DNA of 64,000 bases from Octopus bimaculoides. Taxonomy: Eukaryota. This document shows, in pieces, positions 23,694-48,578 of this stretch. Position numbers and translations under genes: made by a program. The notes beneath the pieces were generated by a model. That model searched no databases, was not told where the DNA came from, and was given only the letters and a program-made list of their open reading frames with translations. The stretch is from assembly GCF_001194135.2 (NCBI RefSeq), contig NC_068987.1, positions 11,536,157 through 11,600,156 on the forward strand, given 5' to 3'. How positions within the stretch are numbered: position 1 is the stretch's first letter; every line of letters begins with the position of its first letter.

Positions 23694-26194
23694 CACAAAC
23701 TGGTGAAAACAATTTAAAGACCAACAATGACAGTTCTATTCCTTCAGTAATATATTTCTAACAAAACTGTACAAAATCATTTTACTTTTACAGTAAGAAT
23801 TGTTTTCTCTTTCGAATGATATAAGCGATATATATATTTTCTACAATTTGAATAATTTTAATGCGCAATTAATTCAAATGATTAAAAATTGTCAGCAAAA
23901 TAAGTTTAAGACCGTACCAACATTATTTTGTTTAATTTGGAAATTTACGACACAAATGATCAACGAACAAAAATTTATTATTAGTATCTAGTTCCATAGC
24001 CATTATTTTAAATTACTGCCTTATAACGCGGGACATGGAGTTCGACAAATGAGCACAAAAATCACTTGGAATGTTCTGTTATATTTTCTTCAATAGTTCG
24101 CTATCTGTGACATATACACACACGTTGTCTTCGCGTTCTCAGTGTGTATGTATGTGAGTGAACGTGTGTTCTCATGTGTAAGTGGCACTCACACACGTTC
24201 ATACACCTTTCACTTTGTCCTCTCTTTCACGTTAAAACGAAAGTTACAGGTTATTTTCAGGATAAAAACTGTTTAAAAAAAGGCTTCTACTCACGTAAAT
24301 TGATTACTATTGTTTGGATAGTTTCAATTAAATAAGTCCAGAAGTTAGTTTAAATATATATACATGCGTAAGTACCGTGAATTCCCATTCTACAAATTGG
24401 CAAACAATTCCGCGAATACTTTACGGAGGCTGAGTAGTAAGTCTAATAAAATTATATAATTGTGACAATTTTTTTTTCAGCATGAACTATTTTAGAAACA
24501 TAATTCCATCAATTTTCTATCGGATTTGAATCCGATAGAAAATTGATGGAATTTGATAGAAAATTGATCCGGGCTCTGCGGAGGTCACTCAATAACCGTC
24601 ATATTATTGCACTCAAAAAAATATTGCAAAACTTACCTAGCCTTGTGAACGGGGTAATTGTCCTGCTGGAAAATAGATCCCGGTGGATCTGATTATTTAA
24701 ATATGGCAGCACATAACAAGACTTCCGCCTGTCCCGGAACCCCCAAAACCACCTGTTAAAATTTTTTTTTTCTTTTTTCGGCTACGGGGATTACGAATCT
24801 GCAAAAAAATTGGCAAAAATCGGCATTTTTTATCACCACCCCAACACCCATTTCCTTCATTTTTTTTTACTTTTTTCATCATTTTTTTTTTCAAAACATA
24901 CGGAAAAATACGGAGATTATGATTCNNNNNNNNNNNNNNNNNNNNNNNNNNNNNNNNNNNNNNNNNNNNNNNNNNNNNNNNNNNNNNNNNNNNNNNNNNN
25001 NNNNNNNNNNNNNNNNNNNNNNNNNNNNNNNNNNNNNNNNNNNNNNNNNNNNNNNNNNNNNNNNNNNNNNNNNNNNNNNNNNNNNNNNNNNNNNNNNNNN
25101 NNNNNNNNNNNNNNNNNNNNNNNNNNNNNNNNNNNNNNNNNNNNNNNNNNNNNNNNNNNNNNNNNNNNNNNNNNNNNNNNNNNNNNNNNNNNNNNNNNNN
25201 NNNNNNNNNNNNNNNNNNNNNNNNNNNNNNNNNNNNNNNNNNNNNNNNNNNNNNNNNNNNNNNNNNNNNNNNNNNNNNNNNNNNNNNNNNNNNNNNNNNN
25301 NNNNNNNNNNNNNNNNNNNNNNNNNNNNNNNNNNNNNNNNNNNNNNNNNNNNNNNNNNNNNNNNNNNNNNNNNNNNNNNNNNNNNNNNNNNNNNNNNNNN
25401 NNNNNNNNNNNNNNNNNNNNNNNNNNGATCAGTCTTCGGCCGTCCATTCAACATGGCTTTTAGCAATCTTGATCCGCTTCTGCAGGTTCGTCTCAGAAAT
25501 TATCGACTTCTTTCGAGCGATCTGGTCGAACAGTCCAACTTCTTTTAGGCGGTTCCTGACAGTTTGTGGTGTAAAACTGATGTCAGTTTCATCAGATAAT
25601 TACTTGCAAATATCCACTGTTGTTAGCATTTGGTTACCTTCAGAGAGCCTATGAATTCGCCGATCCATCTGTACTGTTGTTTTTCTCGAAGCGCCCGTTC
25701 TTCGCCGATCTTTGTATTGGCCATTGTTTGGTAAAACTTCCATGCTTGAACACAAGCCATTTTGCTGCATCCTAATTGCTTGCTAATATTCAAGAAGGAC
25801 ACATTTTGCTGATCAAGCAACACTACCTTTGATCTAGTAACTGGGCTGATACTACTACAACGCTTTCCTATTGCGAAATAATGTGTAACAATGCTCGATT
25901 ATTAAACAAAACAGTGCAGTACAACCAGCTATATGACCACACATTTGGTTTGTTAATTTGTATAATCTTGGTACGGTCTTAAACATATTTTGCCGACAAT
26001 TTTTAGTCATTTGAATTAATTGCGCATTAAAATTATTCGATTTGTAGAAAGATATATAACGCCTATATCATTAGAAAGAGGAAAAAATCTACATAGACTG
26101 TTAAAAGAAAAATAATTTTATACAGTTTTGTTAAAAATATATTAATGAAGGAATAGAACAGTCATCATCGGTCTTAAACTTATTTTGGCCTGTG
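23694..26194 (-). mobile_element. Tc1-family DNA transposon with long IR/DR-type terminal inverted repeats, decayed transposase, spans a gap
   Basis: About 250-bp TIRs (23694-23930 vs 25960-26194), TA on both flanks. Minus-strand transposase motifs TVRNRLKEVGL, IFQQDNYPVHKAR, E*PPQSPD, NPIEN*W, SMSRVIRQ*FKNNGYGTRY*. Confidence 0.92.
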
Positions 26195-27909
26195 TAGTTC
26201 AACCTACACTAGTTAACATGTGGAAAACAAAATTGGAATTTTTAAAGAAGTTTTTATAAAACTATTTTGACACCCATAGCCGTTCGATGGCTATGGGAGT
26301 CAAACAAATAAATAGTAATCAAAGAGGACCACAGATAAAACTGTTGAGACCGCCTGTACTAGAGTGTTCTATGTAGTTAGTGGCATAGCTAGAGAGTGTG
26401 CTGTCCGGGGCAGCCCCTCAGTCTGCCGACGCTTCTCGTCAATATGCAGGCTTATAAAATTCACCCAAGAATGCCATCCTCGTAAAGGCCTCGCCTGGAG
26501 AAGACTTTTCCCCCACCACCCCAGTTACGCTTTTGCACATAGCAACATTTGACACTAAAATATCAGAAATATATGTTTGTTTTGCCAGAGATTAGTCTGT
26601 CTGACCTTGAGATGGAAATAGTACGTGTAACTGATAAGCAGCGAAAAATAACTAGAAAATATCGACCGTCAGAGTGCCAAACTCGCAGAAAACCATAAGT
26701 AGACCGAAATTCAAGCAATTTCAATGCCAGACAAAGAACTGATATTTAATAATTTGGAATTCAATCATTTAGTAGATAATTTACAGTATTATATCGAACA
26801 TCTTCTTTCCAGTTTTGTTGTCTGCCGTTTTGTGATCATAAAACGAAAGATCGACTCCCAACTGAGATTTTCTATTATTTTGTTTAAATGCATGTATGTA
26901 TGTATGTATGTATGTATGTGTCTATCTGTCTGTCTGTCTATCTATCTATCTATTTTCCCATCCATCCATCCATCTTTCTAGGTACGTGATATCAATAATG
27001 TTTACATATGCGTAGGAGTGGCTGTGTGGTAAGTAGCTTACATGGTCCCGGGTTCAGTCCCACTGCGTGGCATCTTGGGCAAGTGTCTACTATAGCCTCG
27101 GGCCGACCAAAGCCTTGTGAGTGGATTTGGTAGACGGAAACTGAAAGAAGCCCGTCGTACGTATATATATATATGTATGTGTGTATGTGTTTGTGTGTCT
27201 GTCTTTGTCCCCCCAACATCGCTTGACAACCTATGCTGATGTGTTTATGTCCCCGTAACTTAGCGGTTCGGCAAAAGAGACCGATAGAATAAGTACTAGG
27301 CTTACNNNNNNNNNNNNNNNNNNNNNNNNNNNNNNNNNNNNNNNNNNNNNNNNNNNNNNNNNNNNNNNNNNNNNNNNNNNNNNNNNNNNNNNNNNNNNAA
27401 AGAATAAGTCCTGGGGTCGATTTGCTCGACTAAAGGTGGTGCTCCAGCATGGCCACAGTCAAAAGACTGAAACAAGTAAAATAGTAAATAGTATATATAA
27501 ACGTTGTTGTCATATACTTAATGTTTTGTTTAAATATTTTTCAGCTGCGGTATTTTCTCCAAGGAAATGTATGTATGTATGTATGTATGTATACACACAC
27601 AAGCACATACATACAGTATATTGATTAGTGTGTTGTACGAATATCAAGGTCTACGTCAGTTATGAAACTTTACAACTACGTGTGTGCGCGCGCACGCAAG
27701 TGAAAACATTTATATACATTATTAAGCTTCCTCATTTTGGACGTATACACAAACAGACGCGCACGCTCTCTCTCTCTCTCTCACACGCACACACAGTACC
27801 TGTGGACTCATCGGCAACGTAAGAACCATTTAACAATGTTGAGCTTACGTAACTCTTCGCAACATTTCGTGTTTTGATTCGTTCGGACCGATATGTTATG
27901 TGCTAAAAT

Positions 27910-28424
27910 TAATTTACTTTGGATTTTTTAGTAGAAATTTTGGTACTGTCATGGTATTAGCTGTCAGAATTGAAAGTAGAACTGACAAGGAACGTTACTG
28001 CTGGTTTGAGTTGATTCTTTGGCTACTGACTAGCCGGAGCTATCTATCTGTCTGTCTATCTCACTATCTCTCTCTATATATATATCTATTTATCTATCTA
28101 TCTATCACTCGTTCACCTGTTTGTGTCCGTAGAATTTATCAAATTAGAAAACGCAAATTTAATATAAAAATATATTTTCTGAAATTGCAAATTATTTAAA
28201 ATATAAAAATATAATTTTCAACAGAGAGAATTTATCAAAATAGAAAACAAATGAAGTTTGAAGTTTAAAAATAATAGGATCGACCACTCACGACTAGCTA
28301 GCGCGACTGCGCGTTCGGGTCCACTCTGCTTTAGTAGTACCCTTATACTCTGTGTGTTTTCAAACGCATGGATATAGGTGTCAAATTTGTTCCAATAACT
28401 TTCGAGTGATAGATAGATAGATAG

Positions 28425-28461
<37 letters not shown>

Positions 28462-28620
28462 GACAGATAGCTCGCTCCGGCCAGTCATGGTATTAGCTGT
28501 CAGTAGCCAAAGAATCAACTCAAACCAGCAGTAACGTTCCTTGTCAGATTTTTCTACTTTCACTTCTAACAGCTACCATGACAGTGCCGAAATTTTATAA
28601 AGAAGTTTAAAACAAATACC
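27910..28620. repeat. Large imperfect inverted repeat (arms about 27910-28095 and 28400-28620)
   Basis: ctgacaaggaacgttactgctggtttgagttgattctttggctactgac present on both strands. Confidence 0.85.
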
Positions 28621-29229
28621 TGATAAATTATTTTTTTGATAAAAGTGAATTAAAAATATATTGCATTCTTGTGCGAGTTTTTACTTTTTAATATGAATCA
28701 TCCATTTCTTTAATAACAGCTATTTCATTAAAGTTGTTATATCTATAATTACTTTAAAACTGGCTTTGTTTTCGATGCGAATTTTGTTGTTCAGACCCAA
28801 AATAAAGCTTGATAAAGCATATCAAAAGATGATCCAGCTATAGGGTATTCTAGACCACATAATACAATGTGGGTCCCCCATTTTTAAGAAACCAGGGTAG
28901 GATATTGAACTTTCGTTGGTTCTGTCTGTCCATTGCTGTTTAGCCAAAGTCTGTCCCCAACAACAAGACCTATAAGCAAAGGTGAGCCAAATATGACCTC
29001 TTCTACCTCATTATAAGGCCTAATGTATTTAGTACTATATTATTCAATGTGTCCTTTCTTTTGTTTTTGCTAATACAACGGAGGTGAAATTCGGAGAGAT
29101 TCAGCTTTTGTTTTTAGCAGGTCAAGCGCCTTCGTCGATGTGAACGTTATATCGTTGCTGATGATAGCATTAATTTCATCAAGTATATATTAAGACACTC
29201 CAAAGTCAGGACTAATTACAATTATTTAT

Positions 29230-29450
29230 TTATCTGGCAAATAAACAACTTCGCGAAATTGTTTGTTTTGATAAACAATGTTGCTACAAATTCAACATGT
29301 GCGTGTCTTCTCATTCTTGTCGATTACGTCACAAACTTTGCGCAGTTCACATGTTTTACGCATTCTGATTGGTTAACGAAATATCAATTTTTACCAATCG
29401 CTGCTATCTGTTTATTTATTATTATTAACCTCGCACATGTACATCGTATT
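29230..29450 (+). promoter_or_regulatory. Putative LC3 proximal promoter
   Basis: ATAAACA at 29241 and 29271, TTACGTCA at 29324, ATTGG at 29368, CCAAT at 29394, three CACATG/CATGTG E-boxes, CpG-containing, 300-500 bp upstream of the ATG. Confidence 0.55.
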
Positions 29451-29744
29451 TTGGCTGTTCTAGTAATTTTGCTTACCCCCACACAAATAGATGGAATTGT
29501 TTTGGTTTTCTCCATTAACATCACGCTAAAAAAGCGATAAATTGTTTTGAATAATTTCGAAAAAACATTAAAGAATCACATATAAGTTAAATTATCTGTA
29601 TTATGGAATCTGTGTATAATTATGCAGCTTTTCCCTGAGAGTTCTGTTGAGGTGTACTGTTAATTCGGGTCAGTACCTAATAAACCTGACAGACACAACA
29701 GCTTGTTTCTACGCATATGAACACCTTTATACACTGGAATCGAA

Positions 29745-41436
<11,692 letters not shown>

Positions 41437-41904
41437 AACACCCCCCAAACACCCACCAAAAAACAAAAAAACCTAAATGTTTTCTTCAAGAGATTTGTCC
41501 CTGTCCCATATACTTTCCAGTATATGTTATTATCCGGTCATCAGCAATTCTTTCATTGCTTTAATCAAAAACTCTTTAATTAAAGGTTTAAAAACATTAG
41601 GGTTTTCTCCTCATAGCATTTTCCCATTATGTCTGTCTTTCAAGATCTCTCTCATTTGATGTTTAAGATATTCATGTTTGGTGTTCATGTAAAAATGTTC
41701 AAAGCATTTAAACTATTTAGTTAAACAATTTGACTATTTGTTAACATTGGAAATCTCAAAGCACAGCTTTAGTTTATTTGTTTTCATGTTTGTTTTCTAT
41801 TGAAGTTCAAGGCAGTAATTTTTTTTTTTTTTATTTATGTTCGGAATGTAGTCCTAAGGGATTGTCTTAGAACCATAATGATAGTCTTAGATACACCAGT
41901 AAGC

Positions 41905-42140
41905 TTAAACCTTTAGCATTTAAAACCAGCCATATCCAGACCCAAATATTCTACCTATTTTGTGTTCAACCTGGCCATATCTGGCCTCTCACATCTAACC
42001 TACAAGGTCATTCTAAAAATAAACAATCACATTACTGAAATCTCAAAGTTATGTGACAATGCATGATTAATTCAAAGCAATGTGAATAAAAAAAAAAAGG
42101 CATTACATTTGACAGAGAAGTCTGAATGCTGAAGGGTTAA
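41905..42140 (+). mobile_element. piggyBac-like MITE (TTAA-flanked), copy 1 in LC3 3' region
   Basis: ttaa(a)ccttt...aagggttaa termini. Confidence 0.75.
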
Positions 42141-42169
42141 GCACACCAAAACTATTTCTGTTTCACACA

Positions 42170-42400
42170 TTAACCCTTTAGAATTCAGTTTACTCTTTCA
42201 ATTGTAGTACTTGTATCTATTCACATTGTTTTGAATTAATCCTGCATTATCTCATAGCTTTGAGACTCCAATGATGTGATTATTAATTTTTAGACTGATA
42301 TTGTAGGGTAGGTGTAAGAGGCTGGATCTGGCTGGTTTAAACATAAAGCCAATTGAATATTATGGACCAGATATGGCTAGTTTAAGAGCCGAAGAGTTAA
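42170..42400 (-). mobile_element. Same piggyBac-like MITE, copy 2, inverted
   Basis: Reverse complement aligns colinearly with 41905-42140; TTAA at both ends. Confidence 0.75.
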
Positions 42401-45400
42401 GTTATAAGAAATCCACCATTTAAAATTGGATACTGCCTTGGCTTTAATTTTGTTGTCACTTAACTACAGACTTTCATTTACTCATGTATGTATTTAGGTT
42501 AGTGTTTAGCAAACTATACTCCTGATTTAAAATCCCTTTTTACTATGTATAAAGTCCCCTTTTTTTTGTGTGTGCAATTTGGTTTGATTATAGTAACCTT
42601 ATCAAGTTCATATTCTCATTTCAATTGCTGATCTTCACTGAAATGATTAAAACAAAATAGAGATTATTTGGTTATTTCAAAATATTTTATTCAAACAAAC
42701 CTCAATAATATTTATAAATTCTGAAATAATAATAATAATAAAAAAAAATGTATATAATTATTCTCTTCTCTAATTTTGAAAATTATTAAGCACTTTAGAA
42801 ATTTGAATTATGAGCAAATGAATTATGTTATTTACATTATCTGTTATACAACAGCAGTTAACTCTTGTCTTTCCACTTGTGTAGTGTATGTGTGAATGCA
42901 TGTGGCCTAATGGTTAGGCTATTAAACTCCCATTAGTAAGGATGTGGGTTCAATTCCTAGACCAGGCCGTGCATTGCGTATTTGGGCAAGTCTCTTCATT
43001 TCACATTGCTCCAGTTCACACCAACTGCTGAGTGGCGCCTTGTAGACTATGCTATTACCCAACAATTCTTGCAGATGCAAGATGTCAGCAGCTCTTAATG
43101 GCTGCATCACCCTGGATGTAATGATGATTATTTACTCGTGTACATTATTTATACAGTACAGAGGGCAACAATAAATTGTTAAAATGAGCCAACCCTTCAA
43201 TGTCTCATGTATTGTGTTGTTCTGTTGTTGATCTGTTTATTTAATTTCTTCTAGAATTGAATGAACCAAGACGGTTGAGGATCATGTCACACAAGCAATT
43301 CTGATAAATGTTAAGGATCTCTACATTTATGCTTTCAGTCAGCTAAAGGCTGAAATGAATAATGTCTGTATATGTATGTGTATGTCCTTGGTCTGTGTGT
43401 GTACTTTTGGGTATGGATGTGTGATTCAGTACTAACAAGAACATTCTACTTTGCATTTTAGATACACTTTCTTCCCTTCATAGCATACAAATTAGTTATT
43501 TTACTCTTTTTTGTGTGACATTTGGATTTAGGAGACCTGAGCTAAAAAAAAAAAAGACATTTAACCCTTTCGTTACCAACCCGGCTGAAATCACCTCTGG
43601 CTCTGAGTACAAATGTCTTTTTTACATAAGATTTGAATTAAAATCTTCCACCAAACCTTATGTTCCTAACACTAGCTGAATGATAACTAAGTTATTTTAC
43701 TAAATTCTTTGTTATATTTAAAGTAATTGAAAGAAACACAGAGCATTTCAAAGAGATTATGGTTATTCATTATAGAAAATGTGATTTTCTTCCTGTATTT
43801 CTTATTTTTTAAATTTTAATGATTAAATATCTCAAGGTTGTATATGATTTCTATAATGGTATCTGCTTCTTAAACTGCACAATTTTCTTATTGTATTTTT
43901 CAACCAATTAAAGGTATATGTATGTATGTATAATGTAATGTAATGTATGTATAATGTAATGTATGTATGTATGTATCTATCTGTGTGTGTGTATGTATGT
44001 ATGCTATTTTTAATTGGCAGAGTCTACATACAGACTCAAGGGCCAAAAGTCACTTTGTAAATTTTGCCAATTGAAAATATAATAATATATATATATATAT
44101 ATATATATACACTTATGTTTTGAGTTCTATTTATCCTGTTTGTATGATCAAGTTTATACATACATATATACATATTTTCTTAATTGTAATTTTATGATTT
44201 TTATAACTTGTTTGCTTTTTAAGTTTGAAGACTATTTTAATAACTTTCTTTCATTTAGCTTAAGACTCTCTCTCTCTAAATTCATACTTAACATAGATCC
44301 TTTTTATGTTTCTCATTTTATTACAAGCTTCCATTTCACAGGAAACATATGGTTTAGCTAATTAATTATTTTGAGAAAAAAATAATAGTTATTGTCAGTT
44401 GCCTTTTTTTTTTTTGTTTTAATTTTATCAATTTCAACAAACTCATTGAAGCACTGGAATTTTTTCCATATCTGCCTTTTACAACAATCAAACACTGTCA
44501 GCTATCCATATGTATTGTTACTACTCTTTTTTTCCTTCTTTTGAAGGCAGTGAGCTGGCAGAATCATTAGCATGTTGGACAAAATGCTTAGCAGTATTTT
44601 GTCTGTCTTTACGTTCTGAGTTGAAATTCTGCCAAGGTTGATTTTGCCTTTCATCCTTTCAGGGTCGATAAATTAAGTACCAGTCGATCTGAATGGTTGG
44701 CCCCCTTCCCCAAAATTTCAGGCCTTGTGCCTATTAGTAGAAAGGATTATTACTCGTTTTTAACAACCATGATTATTTATAAATTTTATGACCTGTTTAC
44801 ATATTTCCATGACAAAACATATTAAACATTGTTCAGCTGGTCTGTTAAACATGTTAAAAGAGATAGCAGGCTATATTAAGTTAAAAACAGTTATGGCAAT
44901 ACAATGACAAATAGAAAAATGCTTGGTACAGCTCTTCATCTGCCATCTTGGTTCAATTTTCACTGTTATTATTATTAAACAAACCTTGATGTTAGTTACC
45001 GGCATTGGATATTGAATATATCTGTGGTATATTGATTATAAATAGTTTAACCAAAATATTGAAAGTGTTAGCTGCATATATAAATAAAATTACAACTAAA
45101 AGAAATTCAATTTTAAACTATATCAAAGTTCTGGGGTTAAAGTTTATTTTTATTTAAAATTTTAAAGTGTTCTGATAGCTTTAATTAGTATTTAAAAGTC
45201 ATTAAGCAGTTTATGAATGTCTGCTGCATTTTCAGTTGTTGGTGTTGTTCTTGGATTTCTTTTCACCGCTTCAACGAACAAGGGTTCCACAAAACTCAGT
45301 GGCACAAAATTCTTAGTTGGACATTTTGCTGTGTAGTTTGATGCCAGAATCCAGACGGACCCAGGATTTGCAGACCTATTTTACAAACAACACAGTTGTG

Positions 45401-47526
45401 GTCTCTTGTCATTTGGCGTAGATTGGACCTGGATCTATGCAGGGCATTTTTCTCCTTCAGGTTGTTGATCCAGTTGTCTTGATGTCAAGGATGGCTTAAT
45501 TGCAAAAGTCCTGGGGTCGATTTGTTTGACTAAAGGCAGTGCTCCAGCATGGCCACAGTCAAATGACTGAAACAAGTAAATGAATAGTATTGCTTTGGCA
45601 ATACTTATACTAGAACTAGAATGCTAGAAAAGATCAACATGGCCCCTGTTCAGTTCTTCTAATTCCCATATATTCAAGTTTAACCTATAGGTTTAAAGTG
45701 TTATGAGTATTCTAATATTTGTATAGCCTCTCCTTATCCAATTTAGAAAACAAGGTATTATAAGATCTATATATAAATCTTTTCACACATTGCTTTCTAA
45801 AATCTCTTCTCTTTTGTTTCATATGGTATGTTTATATTGACTGTTTGATTAATCCTGGTGGCGACAAGTTCAAAAGAATAAAGAACTCAATAAAATAATC
45901 CTGAGAGTGAATAAAATATCTAATCTATAATTAATAGTCTGAGAAAATATATTTTGTTTTGCCTGTGACTCAGGTGAAACAAAATATATTTTGTCAAACT
46001 AACAGTTATAAATTAAATATTTTATTTGATTATTCAATATTTCATGAGGTCTGTCTAAGAGTCTACTGACTTTGCATTTTTCATCATGAAGTTGAACTGA
46101 ATTCAATACACTCAAAAATCTTGTGTATTCTATAGAAGTATTGATACAAATTACCGTTGTTATTCATAAAAGAATAGCAGTAATGTTGTGCTGCATTTTT
46201 TGTTAACAAGATTTAATTGGCAACACAAATGCACACATTTTCTTTGACACTAAATTAATAGCTATAATCCGCATATAAATTGTCTATTTTGATTATTTAG
46301 TTCAGAAAAAATTTTTTTTTTAATTTCACATATTTTGAGAGAATAATTTCTTGGGAGGTGCTATTTAACTAACATTTTGTACATCTTACCCATTTTTTTT
46401 TCTTTTGGCTTATTTATAGAATTAAATAAAATTAATGGAATGTCTTGCAATATTTTTTGGTGTTTGATCCTATAAATGCGAAAGCTTTTCCTTTTTTTTA
46501 AAACAGAAATATGTATGCTTGAATGGACTCACAAATATGGATTGTATTTCAAAATAAAGTGTGAATGATGCACTGAAGATAAAACAACTTTTTTTTTTAT
46601 ATTTTGTTGACTGATTTCTTTTTGTTTTCTTTATTAATCTTTTATCTGTTTCTTGTTTCCGTCATAAGATTGTGGCCATGCTTGAGCACTGCCTTTAGTC
46701 AAACAGATTGACCCCCAGGACTTATTCTTTGTAAGCCTAGTACTTATTCTATCAGTCTCTTTTGCTGAACTGATAAGTTACTGGGACATAAACACACCAT
46801 CGGTTGTCAAGCAATGGTTGGGGTGGGGACAAACACAAACACAGAAATACATACATACATACATACATACATAATATATATATCATCATCATCATCATCA
46901 TCATCGTTTAACGTCCGCTTTCCATGCTAGCATGGGTTGGACGATTTGACTGAGGACTGGTGAAACCGGATGGCAACACCAGGCTCCAGTCTGATTTGGC
47001 AGAGTTTCTACAGCTGGATGCCCTTCCTAACGCCAACCACTCAGAGAGTGTAGTGGGTGCTTTTACGTGTCATATATATATATATATACGACCAGCTTCT
47101 TTCAGTTTCCGTCTGCCAAATCCACTCACAAGGCTTTAGTCGGCCCAAGTAGTAGAAGACACTTGCCCAAGGTGCCATGCAGTGGGACTGAACCTGGAAC
47201 CATGTGGTTGGGAAGCAAGCTTCTTATCACACAGCAATGCTTTTCGCTTAGGCATTGGGATACTAATAACCAGATGTTAGAACTCAATTTACATATGCTT
47301 TTGAACAAAGTACCAGTCGAGTACATAGAAGTCCCTATAACTTAGCAGTCTGGCAAAAAGGACCAATAGAAGTACCAAATTGTGTGGTAAGTAGCTTGCT
47401 TACCAACCACATGGTTCTGGGTTCAGTCCCACTGTGTGGCACCTCGGGCAAGTGTCTTCTACTATAGCTTCAGACCGACCAAAGCCTTGTGAGTGGATTT
47501 GGTTGACAGAAACTGAAAAAGCCTGT

Positions 47527-47569
<43 letters not shown>

Positions 47570-48578
47570 GTATGTATGTATGTATTTGTGTGTCTGTCTG
47601 TTCCCCCCCACCCTCGTTTGACAACCGATGTTGGTGTGTTTATATCCCCATAACTTAGCAGTTTGCCAAAAGTGACTGATAGGATAAGTACTAGGCTTAC
47701 AAAGAATAAGTCCTGGGGTCGATTTGTTCAGCTAAAGGCGATGCTTCAGCATGGCCGCAGACAAATAACTGAAACAAATATAAAAAGAAAATGTATATAC
47801 TGGCGTTGATTCATTTTATTAACAAAAAATTCTTGAAGGCAGTGCCCCAGCATGACCACAGTCTAATGCCTGAGACTAGTAAAAAGATAAACGATGAATT
47901 ATTGGGCCTTGCAGACTTTATGCTCATCCTGCTCCCTATCCTACAACACTGAGTCTCGCATCTGTAATATAACTGCTTTAGATGCAGGATAAGTTTTTGA
48001 TAAAGTAGTTGTATGCTGTCAATTTAATGTAACAGGCCTTGACACATATCAAGGCTGACAGGAAGCGGTGCAGCTTCCTAGGTCTAACCAACAGTAGTAT
48101 TATTCCCTTCAGGGGACTCACATTAAGTTGACAGCATACAACTACTTCATCATATCACTACTGCATAAATCTCTCAGAGAGATTTAGAAATGTATTATTT
48201 CTAAAAGTTTCTGATACTTTGCAAAATAACAAAAGCATACTTTTATGCCAACAAATGCAGTAATTGTCTTACTTGCATTCTCAGCACAAGATGTGAACCA
48301 TGGGCTATTTTATGTCATTCTGTTGATTCAATTAATTAAGGCCCCTTGTGGAAAAGTCATTCTAGAATTTTATTCATTTCAATGCAAAAAAAAAACAAAC
48401 TATTTTAACACAATTAGTTTTCTTAAAATGTATCTTTATTTTTACGTAATTTTATACAATGCTTTTAGAAATATACATACATATATATATATATAAAATA
48501 ATGGTTTCTGTTTCTCATTAATGATCACAATGTTTTTGATTGATAGTACTGTGTTTCAACAAATGCTGATCCTCTGTT

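Larger units (their letters stand above)
23438..26356 (+). mobile_element. hAT-like MITE split by the Tc1 insertion (23438-23693 + 26197-26356)
   Basis: Both halves align to the intact copy at 22634-22933; degenerate 8-bp TSD tacaagat/tactagag. Confidence 0.8.

Noticed and set aside
24600-24645. Apparent AG|gtaagt intron donor in the Tc1 transposase
   Set aside because: The frame continues HKAR*VLQYF...E*PPQSPD with normal spacing, so it is a nonsense mutation and not an intron
45230-45500. Possible + strand hydrophobic exon (VGVVLGFLF...)
   Set aside because: No partner exons; the minus strand looks more like a decayed LINE C-terminal fragment
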